The notes under the pieces are model-generated. The model was not told where the DNA came from. It saw only the letters and a program-made list of their open reading frames with translations, and ran no database searches. A DNA stretch of 64,000 bases from an uncultured Verrucomicrobia subdivision 3 bacterium (GTDB lineage Bacteria > Verrucomicrobiota > Verrucomicrobiia > Limisphaerales > UBA11358), in assembly GCA_903865745.1 (NCBI GenBank), contig CAIPKV010000059.1, positions 69,487 to 133,486 on the forward strand. The letters are read 5' to 3'. Both the position numbers and the translations under genes were made by a program. Positions 9,733 through 19,488 of the stretch are shown here, piece after piece (the first letter of the stretch is position 1; every line of letters begins with the position of its first letter).

Positions 9733-10434
9733 ATGAAAAATAAAATGTATCAAGCTGCGATACTCGCCGTCCTCGGACTGGCCAGTGTCTCGGCGGTGCA
9801 AGCGGCCTCGTACAATGGCGACTTGCTGATCGGCCTCACCACGCAGAGCGGCAACGACGTGGTCTATGACCTCGGCTCGTACTCCTCCCTCACCTACGGC
9901 GAAACCTGGGATTTGTCCTCGGCCATTTCCGCTGCCGGCCTCTCCCTCACGGGTTCCACGCTCTGGGGTATCATCGGTGCCCAGAACGTCAGCGGCACCC
10001 GTTACGCTTATATCACTGGCAATAGCGCCAACAGCATTCCCGGCATCACGGCTTGGAACAAAATTAATACCGGCGTGGCCACCATTTACAACTCTTTGAG
10101 CACGGCTGGCGCAGGCAATTACGGAACTCCTAGTTCGTCGCTTACCTACAGCTGGAATCAGCAAACGGCCCAAGGCGGTGCCGCCACCGGCACGGCGTTC
10201 TCAGCTGTTTCCGCTAATCCGAACTCGACGGGTTTCAATTACTTTCAAGCAATTTACCAGCAGGTTGCTGGTGGTTCACCGGCTACGGATGTTGGCGGTT
10301 TCAGCCTCTCCTCCGCTGGTGTCTTGACGTTCGAAACCGTTCCGGAGCCCGGCACCTACGCCATGATGGCCGTGGGCGGCGGTTTCCTGATGCTCGTTGG
10401 TCGCAATAAATTTGGTCGCAAACAACAATCCTAA
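9733..10434 (+). CDS. PEP-CTERM-anchored secreted protein
   Basis: It has a signal peptide (MKNKMYQAAILAVLGLASVSAVQA). The C-terminus reads VPEPGTYAMMAVGGGFLMLVGRNKFGRKQQS, which is a PEP motif, a TM helix and a basic tail. The track ORF starts at a TTG at 9670, and the ATG at 9733 is preferred. Confidence 0.8.
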   Translation: MKNKMYQAAILAVLGLASVSAVQAASYNGDLLIGLTTQSGNDVVYDLGSYSSLTYGETWDLSSAISAAGLSLTGSTLWGIIGAQNVSGTRYAYITGNSANSIPGITAWNKINTGVATIYNSLSTAGAGNYGTPSSSLTYSWNQQTAQGGAATGTAFSAVSANPNSTGFNYFQAIYQQVAGGSPATDVGGFSLSSAGVLTFETVPEPGTYAMMAVGGGFLMLVGRNKFGRKQQS

Positions 10435-10485
10435 AAAAACCTAAAACAAAACAAACAAGTAAAATTAGTAAACTAGAAAATTAAT

Positions 10486-11682
10486 ATGAAAATCAACAAT
10501 GCAATCATTACGGCTGCCCTCGCTTTGGGCGTGGCTGGCTCCAGCTTCGGCGGCACCGTTTACATCTCCGGTTCGACGGCTATGCGCGGCACGATTTATA
10601 ACGTGCTGTCTGCGACCAACACCGTTTTCAACGGTATCCCGGCCGTCACGGCTGACAGCACCAGCCCCAGCGGCGCCAATCACATGGCCTTCGTTGGTAC
10701 GCTCAAAGGTGGCAGCGGCACGACCACGATCCTGACCTCCTGGTCCGGTTCTGAAGCCGGTATCGCAAACGTTGCTTCCAATACGGCGACGGCATTTTAT
10801 GCCAGCTTCCTGAATTCCGGCATCAACGTGACCAGCAACTCGGTTTCGGCGCTTAACGCGACCAACTTCACCTACGCCAACTTCCCGGTTGACTTGGCGA
10901 TGGCTGACAACGACATCCAGTACTCACGCACCCCCAGCGCCTATAACTCCTGCGCCCAGGCCGAGGTTGGGATTGTAACGTTCAAATGGGTGCGCAACAA
11001 AGGTCTCTGGACTGGTGCTAACACCAACGTCACGGATTCTCAAGTCGTACAGGCCCTCTCCGGTGGTACGCCGCTCGCCACGTTCACTGGCAATGCGGCT
11101 GACACGAACAGCTGGGTGTACGTCTCCGGTCGCGATAACCAGTCGGGTACCCGCGTGAATGCCTTCGCCAACGCTGGCTATGGTATCTTCACTTCACCGC
11201 ACCAGATCATCCTCAACGGCTCCGGCAACATGATTACCAACGCTGCGTTTGATTCTGCTTACAGCTATTATGCCGGTGACTTCGGTCAGAGCAGCGGCGG
11301 CACCTTGGCCGGCACCTTGACCAACAGCACGACCAGCTCGGCTGATCAGATCGCTGGTTTCACTGGCTTCTCGGTCATTGCTTACCTCGGTTACAACGAC
11401 GCCGCCACGGCTATCGGTGGTGGCGCCACGGAATTGGCCTTCAATGGTGTCGGCTACTCGCCCGCCGCGATCTCCGAAGGCACCTACACCTTCTGGGGCA
11501 ATGAATACATCGTCAAGGCCCACACGGTCGGTTCGACCGATGCGACCGCGGTTTACAACTCCATCATCACCAACACCCCGTCGTTCTGCTATCCTACGGG
11601 CAGCTCGAACCCGAACGGTATCGACCTGACCTGGATGCACAGCACCCGGAACAGCCCGATCTCGGCTCCGGCTCACAACTAA
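10486..11682 (+). CDS. Secreted protein with PstS-like periplasmic-binding fold (PBP-like)
   Basis: It has a signal peptide. The motifs ISGSTAMRG, SWSGSEAGI and SGRDNQSGTRVNAF resemble phosphate-binding-protein-like (PBP_like_2) domains. The assignment is from motif memory only. Confidence 0.5.
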   Translation: MKINNAIITAALALGVAGSSFGGTVYISGSTAMRGTIYNVLSATNTVFNGIPAVTADSTSPSGANHMAFVGTLKGGSGTTTILTSWSGSEAGIANVASNTATAFYASFLNSGINVTSNSVSALNATNFTYANFPVDLAMADNDIQYSRTPSAYNSCAQAEVGIVTFKWVRNKGLWTGANTNVTDSQVVQALSGGTPLATFTGNAADTNSWVYVSGRDNQSGTRVNAFANAGYGIFTSPHQIILNGSGNMITNAAFDSAYSYYAGDFGQSSGGTLAGTLTNSTTSSADQIAGFTGFSVIAYLGYNDAATAIGGGATELAFNGVGYSPAAISEGTYTFWGNEYIVKAHTVGSTDATAVYNSIITNTPSFCYPTGSSNPNGIDLTWMHSTRNSPISAPAHN

Positions 11683-11704
11683 TTTGTAATTAGTTTTTCA
11701 CGCC

Positions 11705-11735
11705 GGCGTGAACCGAGAGGTTCACGCCGGTTTTT
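11705..11735 (+). terminator. Rho-independent terminator after the 10486-11682 gene
   Basis: There is a perfect 10-bp stem, GGCGTGAACC-gaga-GGTTCACGCC, followed by GGTTTTT. Confidence 0.7.
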
Positions 11736-11772
11736 AGTTTCCAGAGATAATTTCGAAGTATAAATTCAAGCC

Positions 11773-12717
11773 ATGAAGACAGCCTTGACCGTATCCGCCC
11801 TGCTGAACCTGGCACTAGCTGGCAGCCTCGTCTTCCTGTTCGCCCAGCGAAAGCAGCCCAGTGAGCGCCCCCTGCCACCGCCCACTGCGGCCGGCGGTGA
11901 ATCAGCACCGGTGGCAACCACCACCGCGCCAGTCGTAGCACCGGTAAAAGCCAAACCTTTTAGCTGGCACGAGTTGGAAGCCTCTGATTACCGCACCTAT
12001 GTCCGCAATCTTCGAAACAGCGGCTGCCCCGAAGCAACCGTGCGCGCCATCGTCACGGCCGATGTAGCGGTCGTTTACCGCCTCAAAACCCATGAACTAG
12101 AACAGAAGTTGGCCGCGCTGGCCAATGGCTCTTGGTCGGTCCAGTTGGCCTCCTATGCCGAGCAGCAGGCATTGAAGGCTGCCCTGCAAAAAATGCCGGC
12201 GGAAGAAAGTTCTGAGGTCGCGTACCTGCTGGGTTTGGCGCCAGCGCCGGTGGCAGCGATCTCGGATGCGAGTAAAGCTTCGGCAATAACGTCGGCGGGT
12301 ACGGATTCGGCCCCAGTGGTACCAGCCATTCGATCGGCTTCGGATTACGCCAGGGCTTCAGCAACAACCGCTGCGGGTGCAGAACTTACCGCCATGCCTT
12401 TGCCAGCTACCGACGGCCAAAACAATCTGGCGGCTAATTCCGTTTCTTACCCCTTGGTTTTCCAAAATGTGGACCTGACTTCATTACATTTAGGCCCCGA
12501 CCAAATGCAGGCCGTCGAAAATCTAAAGCAAAGTTTTGTGAACCAGATTGGCGGTCAAAATCAAAATCCCAATGACCCGGCCTATCGGCAACGTTGGCAG
12601 GAAGCTCAGGATACCGCGGACAATATGTTGCGGGATTTACTGGGTTGGACCGGCTTTCAAAGCTACCAAATTGCGGCCCGAGCAAATCCCAGTACGGCGG
12701 TGCCAGTAACTCCGTAA
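11773..12717 (+). CDS. Hypothetical N-terminally membrane-anchored protein
   Basis: This 314-aa ORF has an N-terminal hydrophobic helix (ALLNLALAGSLVFLF), a Pro/Ala-rich linker and then a globular part. I recognised no family. Confidence 0.5.
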   Translation: MKTALTVSALLNLALAGSLVFLFAQRKQPSERPLPPPTAAGGESAPVATTTAPVVAPVKAKPFSWHELEASDYRTYVRNLRNSGCPEATVRAIVTADVAVVYRLKTHELEQKLAALANGSWSVQLASYAEQQALKAALQKMPAEESSEVAYLLGLAPAPVAAISDASKASAITSAGTDSAPVVPAIRSASDYARASATTAAGAELTAMPLPATDGQNNLAANSVSYPLVFQNVDLTSLHLGPDQMQAVENLKQSFVNQIGGQNQNPNDPAYRQRWQEAQDTADNMLRDLLGWTGFQSYQIAARANPSTAVPVTP

Positions 12718-12753
12718 AGCGATAAGTTGGCCGCGATAATAAACCTTTAGTGC

Positions 12754-13686
12754 CTATTTGGCCGGAGATTTTTCCGTATTTGCTTTGAATTCATCGGCTT
12801 GCCGGATCGCTTCGGCCCGCTCGTCGGCGCTCAATCTTTCTTTATTCATAGGCAGCATGCCCGCCATCAACTCCAGGTAATGTCTTGCCATGCCGACTCG
12901 ATTGCGCAGGGCCAAAGTAAACCATTTGTAAGCTGCCACCGGATCCTTGGCCACCCCCCGGCCGTCCATATAAAGACAGCCGAGGTTTAACATGGCCTGG
13001 CCATTCATATTCTCGGCGGCTACCTGATAACATTGGATGGCTCGATGGATATCCTGAGTTGTTCCGAATCCATTTTCGTACATGAACCCGAGCGAATTTT
13101 GACAAGCTGTACAGCCGTTCGTGGCGGCGATTTGATAATATTTAAAAGCGGTTGCATAGTCTCGGGGGACGCCTTGGTCGCCAAAATAATAAAGATCGCC
13201 CAGGGCAGTTTGTGCTTCCAGTTGATTTTGCGCTGCCGACTTTTGATACCATTTGATGGCCTCGGAAATATTCGGGGCCACCCCACGTCCTGTGGCATAG
13301 CTAACGCCTAAGCTGAATTCAGCCAGCGGGTCCCCTTGCGCGGCTGCCTTTTGAAACCACTGATCAGCAATTTGCGGATCTACTTTTACCCCTTTGCCAC
13401 TAAGGTAATAGCCGCCCAGATCATTCTGGGCGAAGGCGTAACCGCCCGCAGCTGCCTGCTGCATATACTCCGCCGCCTTGGTTATGTCACGCGGCACTCC
13501 GTCGCCTTTGGCATAATGGATGGCCAGAAAGTATTGGGCCTTGGCATCGCCTTGACCGGCAGCTACCAAGGCCGTGACTATGGAGTAGCTTTGCTCGCCT
13601 GCGGCAGCACAAACCGGTATTGAAAATATGGCCAAAACCGAACCAATCATCGCCACCCGCAGGAATTTTATAGCTAAATTTTTCAT
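12754..13686 (-). CDS. Sel1-repeat (SLR) secreted protein
   Basis: It contains tandem Sel1 motifs (AQYFLAIHYAKGDGVPRDITKAAEYMQQAAAGGYAFAQNDLGGYYLSGKGV.. and WFQKAAAQGDPLAEFSLGVSYATGRGV..). The ATG at 13686 gives a signal peptide (MKNLAIKFLRVAMIGSVLAIFSIPVCAAA). The track start at 13797 is probably too far upstream. Confidence 0.85.
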   Translation of the reverse strand: MKNLAIKFLRVAMIGSVLAIFSIPVCAAAGEQSYSIVTALVAAGQGDAKAQYFLAIHYAKGDGVPRDITKAAEYMQQAAAGGYAFAQNDLGGYYLSGKGVKVDPQIADQWFQKAAAQGDPLAEFSLGVSYATGRGVAPNISEAIKWYQKSAAQNQLEAQTALGDLYYFGDQGVPRDYATAFKYYQIAATNGCTACQNSLGFMYENGFGTTQDIHRAIQCYQVAAENMNGQAMLNLGCLYMDGRGVAKDPVAAYKWFTLALRNRVGMARHYLELMAGMLPMNKERLSADERAEAIRQADEFKANTEKSPAK

Positions 13687-13996
13687 AATCACGTCTCTGA
13701 TTGACAAAAGTAAGCCCGCATTGTCAGGTAAAAAACGCTGGCATAAAGCAACAAAGAGGTTACGAAGACTGCCAGCAAGGTTACAATTGATTGGCAAAAT
13801 GACTTAAAACCAAAAACTAATCTTAAAATGCGGTGCAAATAATTGATTATTAAATCATAACAACAAATTTAAAATTGTCATTTTATAGCCTGTCAATGTC
13901 TTAAATGCGGTAGAACATCCCACTTAAAGCCAGTATTGTATGCCTCCCTAATGTTGGGAGAAAATCCAAAAACACACAACGCAAAACAAAAAACAG

Positions 13997-15178
13997 ATGA
14001 AAAAAACATTTAAAGCTGCATTAATCGCAGCCCTCGGTCTGGCTGGTATAACGACCGTTCAGGCCGCTACCTATAACGGCGACGCGCTGGTAGGATTCAC
14101 CACCGCCAGTGGCAATGACTTGGTTTACGACCTGGGCAGCCCGACGACATTTACCAACGGGCAAAGCTGGAGTTTGGGCGCAGCCCTTTCAAGTGCCAGT
14201 CTTAGCAACAGCCTCGCCAGTGTGAATTGGGGTGTGGTTGCCACCTACAATACCGGCTCCATAGCTGCAAAATTAGCATATAGCGACCAGACCCAAGCCA
14301 CCGGAACTCCCAACAATTTTAACGGTAGCCCCGCATGGGGTGCCATTAACACCCAGGTTGGCACCCTGGTGAATAATGATTTTTCCGCCGTCGGAGCGGG
14401 CAATTTTGTGGTCGTTGATCACAGTTTGACCTATTCTTGGAATTCAGTTGTGGGAAACGTTGGAAATCAGCTCAGCCCCTATACCGGCACGGCATCCTAT
14501 CCGGGTACGGTCGGAACGGTTTCCATTCCTTTCTACTCGACTCGTGACAATAATTCGTCGCCGGTTCTGCTGGGCAATTTTGCATTAAGCAGCACGGGCG
14601 TTCTTACCTTCACCACGCCGTCGACCTCGGTCAGCTCCAACGCCTACCTCACCTCGCTGGTGTTGAGCCCGGCGGGTTTGACCTCGACCTTTGTGTCCAA
14701 CACCTTTAGCTACTATGCTACCAACGCCTACGGCAATACGCCCACCGTTACGGTGGTGAACGCCGACACGACGGCGACCAACCAGTTGATTTATAACAGC
14801 ACGACCAACTTGCTGACCTCTGGTTCGCCGAGCGCTGGTTTGGCCCTGACCTTGGGCTCCACGAACGTGGCGCAAGTCCAGGTGACCGCGCAAGACGGTG
14901 TGACGGTTCAGACCTACACTGTGAACATTGTTGAGCAGCCAAGCCTGACCGCGCCGAAGCTGACGAACAGCGTCAGTGGCAGCAACCTCGCTCTGAGCTG
15001 GGCGGCTGACCACTTGGGCTACCGCTTGCTGGTCCAAACGAATAACCTGAGCAAGGGTGTGAGTGGAAACAGCAGTGACTGGGGCACGGTGACGGGATCA
15101 ACCAGCGTTACCTCCACGAATATCGCCATCATCAAGACGGGCGTGACAAACGAGTATTACCGCTTGGTTTACCCGTAA
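13997..15178 (+). CDS. Secreted protein with an N-domain paralogous to the 9733 gene, a cadherin-like beta-sandwich segment and a conserved C-terminal module
   Basis: It has a signal peptide. AATYNGDALVGFTTASGNDLVYDLGS matches AASYNGDLLIGLTTQSGNDVVYDLGS in the 9733 product. The central part reads AYLTSLVLSPAGLTSTFVSNTFSYYATNAYGNTPTVTVV...VTVQTYTVNIV. The C-terminus reads LALSWAADHLGYRLLVQTNNL...EYYRLVYP. Confidence 0.7.
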   Translation: MKKTFKAALIAALGLAGITTVQAATYNGDALVGFTTASGNDLVYDLGSPTTFTNGQSWSLGAALSSASLSNSLASVNWGVVATYNTGSIAAKLAYSDQTQATGTPNNFNGSPAWGAINTQVGTLVNNDFSAVGAGNFVVVDHSLTYSWNSVVGNVGNQLSPYTGTASYPGTVGTVSIPFYSTRDNNSSPVLLGNFALSSTGVLTFTTPSTSVSSNAYLTSLVLSPAGLTSTFVSNTFSYYATNAYGNTPTVTVVNADTTATNQLIYNSTTNLLTSGSPSAGLALTLGSTNVAQVQVTAQDGVTVQTYTVNIVEQPSLTAPKLTNSVSGSNLALSWAADHLGYRLLVQTNNLSKGVSGNSSDWGTVTGSTSVTSTNIAIIKTGVTNEYYRLVYP

Positions 15179-15199
15179 GCTGACCTTTAGCTTTATTCG

Positions 15200-15233
15200 C
15201 CCCCTGCAAAATTGATTTTTGCAGGGGGTTTTG
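15200..15233 (+). terminator. Rho-independent terminator after the 13997-15178 gene
   Basis: There is a perfect 12-bp stem, CCCCCTGCAAAA-ttgat-TTTTGCAGGGGG, followed by TTTTG. The track start of the next ORF (15212) lies inside this hairpin loop. Confidence 0.75.
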
Positions 15234-15427
15234 TTTATCTAACGCCTTGGTTAATCTGTCGAAGAACCCAAATGCGCCCATTAAAAAGAGTAATATTTGC
15301 GGTTTCGGCGGAATTGGCCGACGCGGTTAACCGGAGCTGTTATGTCGCAGGCTTGCTGGCTGATTGTCACACATTTGTAACCAAGCTGACATGGTTTTGT
15401 AGCGTGGTGTTTGCACCATTGCCCGCC

Positions 15428-17173
15428 ATGCGAAAGAACGAAACGAATCGCCAGGCTGCCTGGCTGACCAGCCTGCTGCTGATTCCGGCGGTTTTATGCG
15501 CAGATAACGCTTTGTGTGCTGATGCTGCCAGCGCCAACAATGCCAGCGATGCGAGCGATCTGCTGTTGAATTTATTTATTGAAAAGGGCTATGTCAGCAA
15601 AGCCGAGGCGGAAAAAGTCAAGGCTGAGGCGGAAAAGCGTCAGGCGGAACTAGATCAATACAAGGCTGAGGCGGAGCAGTACAAGACCGAGACCGAACAG
15701 CTCAAGGCGGATGTGGCCCAACTCAAAGCCAACGAGGAATCGTATCGGACTAATGCCGTACCCAGCTATTTGCCGGCCGCTAAATGGAAAATTAATCCTG
15801 GCGACAAATCTATCGAGCTGTTTGGCGATATCCGGATGCGTTACGAAGACCGCCAAATTCAAGACCCCAAAGGTAACAAGGTAACTTGGGATCGGCTGCG
15901 TTATTCCTTGCGCCTAGGTATGCGGGGAGAGGTCTTTGATGATGTTTATTACGGTTTCCGGTTGGAAACTTCCTCCAACCCGCGCTCGTCCTTCAACACG
16001 TTGGGTACGCCCACCGGCTCGTCGACTGCCCAGTATCCGAATCCGTTCACTAAAAACAATGAGACCTTGAATGTTGGTGAGGCCTATATTGGTTTAAAGT
16101 ATGGTGGTTGGCTGGATGTAGTGATGGGCAAGATGCCCAATCCGCTCTTTACCTCGACGATGGTCTGGAGTCCGGCCATAAGCCCCTCTGGTGCTGCCGA
16201 AACTCTGACCCACGCGGTGGGCGATATGGATTTATCCGTGACCTTGGGCCAGTTCATTTATCAGGCCACCAACCCCAACCAGTCATCGCAAGGGTTTTTG
16301 CCGCAGAACGCGAATAATTCCAGCCAGCCTTTTTTGATGGCCTTCCAAGGCAAGATCGACTATCACCTGACCAAAACGGTAAACTTCAAGGTGGCACCCG
16401 TTTTGTACTATTACACCCGTTATCAAAACGGCCAGAACCCGTCCGCAAATGGTGCTTATTACAGCCCGGACTTTTCGGGAACCTATGTGGGTCAGGGACA
16501 AAAAGTCGGGGTAAATGGTGTGCCGGCTTCCTATAACTTGGCCGGTAGCACTCCGGGCTTTGACGGCTATTATGCGAATCAAACCGGCATCAACGATCTG
16601 TTGGTTCTCGATATTCCTTTGGAAGTCAGCGTAAACCTTAAAAAAGTAAAAGTGCGTTTCTACGGAGATTACGCCCAGAACCTTCAGGGTAAAGAACGTG
16701 CCGATGCCGCGTACAATGCGGCTAATTCATTCTACTTCTCGGACAACGGTCCCGGCGCGGGGCAGATCAACCCGATTAATTCACCCCAAACGCATGATAT
16801 TCGCGCTTATCAGTTTGGCATTGGCGTGGGCAGCACCAATCTCATTTATGGGCCGTCACAAGGATTAGTTTACGGCAACGAATCAAAAAAGAACGCTTGG
16901 GAAGTGCGAACCTACTGGCAGCATATCGAACAATACTCACTGGATCCCAATCTGATTGACTCTGACTTCTTTAATGCCACCGAAAACGAACAGGGCGTCT
17001 ATGCCGCAATTGCCTATGGTTTGTTTGACAATGTGATAGCGACGGTGCGCTACGGCTATGCCCGGCGTATCAATGACCAACTGGGTACTGGTGGCAGCAG
17101 CGGCGATCTTCCGCAAATGAATCCGCTGAACTGCTACAGCATCTTTCAATTTGATCTAGGTGTCAGATTCTAA
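15428..17173 (+). CDS. Porin-like outer-membrane beta-barrel with N-terminal coiled coil
   Basis: The ATG at 15428 gives the signal peptide MRKNETNRQAAWLTSLLLIPAVLCA. It is followed by a KAEAE-rich coiled coil (AEAEKVKAEAEKRQAELDQYKAEAEQYKTETEQLKADVAQLK). The rest shows an alternating beta-strand pattern and ends FQFDLGVRF (terminal Phe). Confidence 0.65.
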   Translation: MRKNETNRQAAWLTSLLLIPAVLCADNALCADAASANNASDASDLLLNLFIEKGYVSKAEAEKVKAEAEKRQAELDQYKAEAEQYKTETEQLKADVAQLKANEESYRTNAVPSYLPAAKWKINPGDKSIELFGDIRMRYEDRQIQDPKGNKVTWDRLRYSLRLGMRGEVFDDVYYGFRLETSSNPRSSFNTLGTPTGSSTAQYPNPFTKNNETLNVGEAYIGLKYGGWLDVVMGKMPNPLFTSTMVWSPAISPSGAAETLTHAVGDMDLSVTLGQFIYQATNPNQSSQGFLPQNANNSSQPFLMAFQGKIDYHLTKTVNFKVAPVLYYYTRYQNGQNPSANGAYYSPDFSGTYVGQGQKVGVNGVPASYNLAGSTPGFDGYYANQTGINDLLVLDIPLEVSVNLKKVKVRFYGDYAQNLQGKERADAAYNAANSFYFSDNGPGAGQINPINSPQTHDIRAYQFGIGVGSTNLIYGPSQGLVYGNESKKNAWEVRTYWQHIEQYSLDPNLIDSDFFNATENEQGVYAAIAYGLFDNVIATVRYGYARRINDQLGTGGSSGDLPQMNPLNCYSIFQFDLGVRF

Positions 17174-17274
17174 GCGGTCAGTCATTATCAGCGACTGGAA
17201 CTAAGAAATCAGCAGACGTTGTCAATTCACCTATAAACCGGTTGTTTCGGGAATGTAATATTTTTGAAACCTGA

Positions 17275-18246
17275 ATGACACAAGGCGCGAGTATCCTTCG
17301 CGCTAACTTAATGAGGACAGACTGTCATTTGATTTTGCAAAGCACCGTTTTGTCGCCAGCGGCGGAGTGGTCGCCCACTACACAGGGGTGGACCTGTGTC
17401 CGGATTGCTACCGGGGTCGGCTATTGGATGCATGGTGGACAGGTGCGCGAGTTAAAAGAGGGCGACGGTTTTGTGGTGGCCAGTAAACCGGGCATGGCGG
17501 TGCGCGCCAGCCAGCTGGGAATCTTGAAGCTGGAATTTTATTTGCTTCAGCCTTCGCTGCTCAATGGCCTCCTGACGGTAACTGAGGAAAATCGGCTGGA
17601 ACAAATCGTCAGCCAATCACAGGTTCCGATTGTGTTTTTTACCGCTACCGACGCCTTGGGACAAAAATTTTCCCGGCTAGTGCATCAGGCGCAGCCGGAA
17701 AGTCTGCCGGCCCGAGCGGCGCTGGTTCAATTCTGGTCACAGGCCGTGACCACTCTATTGACACAGCCATTACGAGATAATAACGGGAATAAATTGCAAC
17801 AGCGGTTTATTCAAATGCTAGCGCAAATGCCGGATGCCGAACTGGCACGTTTGTCGTTGCCGCAATTGGCTGGGATGCTAGACTGCAGTGAGCGGCATTT
17901 CCGGCGCCTATTTATTCAGGAATTTGGCGTATCGCTGCGAACGCGGCAGATAGAATCAAGGCTGCAAAGGGCTCAACAGCTGCTTGAAGAGACCGACGAC
18001 AAGGTCAGTAACATTGCCTTTGAAAGTGGCTATCGCAATCTTGGACTTTTTAACGCCACCTTCAAAAAACGCTTTGGGCTCACGCCCAGCGCCTGGCGCG
18101 AGCGGAACAATGCCTCGGCGCCAAATAATTTCCGGACGGACGCCGGGTTTGCCCCGGTCAATTCAGAAACCAACCGTTGGGAAATGTCCGAAGAAAAAAT
18201 TACAAACATCAATACGGCTTTAAAATTAAAACCTAAAAAACCATGA
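17275..18246 (+). CDS. AraC-family transcriptional regulator
   Basis: It has a C-terminal AraC HTH: SERHFRRLFIQEFGVSLRTRQIESRLQRAQQLLEETDDKVSNIAFESGYRNLGLFNATFKKRFGLTPSAWRE. The stop overlaps the exbB start by 4 nt. Confidence 0.85.
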   Translation: MTQGASILRANLMRTDCHLILQSTVLSPAAEWSPTTQGWTCVRIATGVGYWMHGGQVRELKEGDGFVVASKPGMAVRASQLGILKLEFYLLQPSLLNGLLTVTEENRLEQIVSQSQVPIVFFTATDALGQKFSRLVHQAQPESLPARAALVQFWSQAVTTLLTQPLRDNNGNKLQQRFIQMLAQMPDAELARLSLPQLAGMLDCSERHFRRLFIQEFGVSLRTRQIESRLQRAQQLLEETDDKVSNIAFESGYRNLGLFNATFKKRFGLTPSAWRERNNASAPNNFRTDAGFAPVNSETNRWEMSEEKITNINTALKLKPKKP

Positions 18247-19070
18247 TCATGCAACCTATTCTGGCCAATGCGGCCGTCTATGCCATCAAGAACGCCACCG
18301 CCGAGGGCAAAACCACGTGTGCCGTCTTGGTGCTGCTGTCGCTGTTCAGTTGGACGATTATCATCTCCAAGATTCGACAGCTAGCGATTGCTCGCAGCTC
18401 GACCAAGAAGTTTATGGCCGCCTACGCGAGCACGCGCGACCCGCTGGACATCAAGAAGCGCGGCGAGGAATTCGAAGGGGCGCCGGCGTATGCCCTTTAC
18501 GAGCGCGGGGCAGAGGAAGTGCTTTATCATCTAAAGAACAACCCCGTTGAAGTGAAGGGTAGCGTAGTGGTACAAAGTTTGGGTGAAGGGAATACCGATC
18601 ACCTGGCTCGGGCGAATACCACCAAAATTACGACCGCGTCTTACGAGGCGGTCAAAGTGGTCTTGGAAGAGGCAGCGTCGGCCCAGGCGATGTCCTTGGA
18701 AAAAGGCATGATCGTACTGTCAACGGCGGTGGCCGGCGGGCCTTTCATTGGATTGTTGGGAACGGTTTGGGGCGTTATGTCGACGTTTGCCGGCATCGCC
18801 GAATCGAACTCAGCGAGCCTGACTGCGATGGCTCCGGGTGTGGCTGCCGCACTAGTTGCCACCGTTACTGGTCTGCTCGTCGCCATTCCAGCGATGTTCG
18901 GCTATAACTTCATGGTGACGACGATCCGGCACATTACGCAGGAACTGGACGGGTTTGCCACGCGCTATGCCAACCAGATTGAACATGCCTATGTGGACAA
19001 CCGCGATATCGAGGACAAGATTGCCGGCGCTTTGAAGCGCCATGAACAACCCGCTCCTGCGCAGTTCTAG
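18243..19070 (+). CDS. exbB: MotA/TolQ/ExbB proton-channel protein
   Basis: It has three TM segments and the family motif GPFIGLLGTVWGVMSTFAGIA...APGVAAALVATVTGLLVAIPA. Confidence 0.85.
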   Translation: MIMQPILANAAVYAIKNATAEGKTTCAVLVLLSLFSWTIIISKIRQLAIARSSTKKFMAAYASTRDPLDIKKRGEEFEGAPAYALYERGAEEVLYHLKNNPVEVKGSVVVQSLGEGNTDHLARANTTKITTASYEAVKVVLEEAASAQAMSLEKGMIVLSTAVAGGPFIGLLGTVWGVMSTFAGIAESNSASLTAMAPGVAAALVATVTGLLVAIPAMFGYNFMVTTIRHITQELDGFATRYANQIEHAYVDNRDIEDKIAGALKRHEQPAPAQF

Positions 19071-19080
19071 GAGTTCTTCG

Positions 19081-19488
19081 ATGAAGAAGTGTTCGCATAC
19101 CGCGCACGAGTCGCTGACGGAGCTAAACATTACGCCCATGCTGGATTTGGCGTTTGTGTTGCTCGTAATTTTCATTATCTCGACGATTCCGCCGGTAAAA
19201 AAGATGGACTTGACCCTGCCCGTGGCTTCAAAGCACCAGAAGGATCCACCGCACAAGGCAAAATACATTTCAGTTCAAGCGGATGGCAACGTGTTTATTG
19301 ACCGCGAAGACTGTCTGTTGAGCGATTTACAGACTCGTTTGCTTGCTGTCCGGGAAGCGGACCCTGAGGTTAATGTCATCATTCGTGGCGATGCTAAGAC
19401 GAAATATAAGCAGATTCGCGCAGTGCTGGATATCTGTCAGCAGGTCAACTTCGTGAAAGTGGATCTAGCCACGGAGGTGAACAAGTGA
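19081..19488 (+). CDS. exbD: ExbD/TolR biopolymer transport protein
   Basis: It carries the LNITPMLDLAFVLLVIFII signature. The ATG at 19081 is preferred over the track start at 19042. Confidence 0.85.
   Translation: MKKCSHTAHESLTELNITPMLDLAFVLLVIFIISTIPPVKKMDLTLPVASKHQKDPPHKAKYISVQADGNVFIDREDCLLSDLQTRLLAVREADPEVNVIIRGDAKTKYKQIRAVLDICQQVNFVKVDLATEVNK

Noticed and set aside
13687-13810. The motifs TTGACA/TTGTCA...GGCAAAATGA upstream of the Sel1 gene share an 11-mer (TGGCAAAATGA) with array 2 (33231-33241). This hinted at a fifth, cryptic array.
   Set aside because: The spacings (about 20, 17, 31 and 18 bp) are not phased at 21 bp. The single 11-mer match could be chance after many comparisons. 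I kept it only as a note for a genome-wide motif search.
15212-15427. The N-terminal extension of the porin-like ORF from the track start at 15212.
   Set aside because: Position 15212 lies in the loop of the upstream terminator hairpin (15200-15233). The ATG at 15428 is followed directly by a plausible signal peptide.
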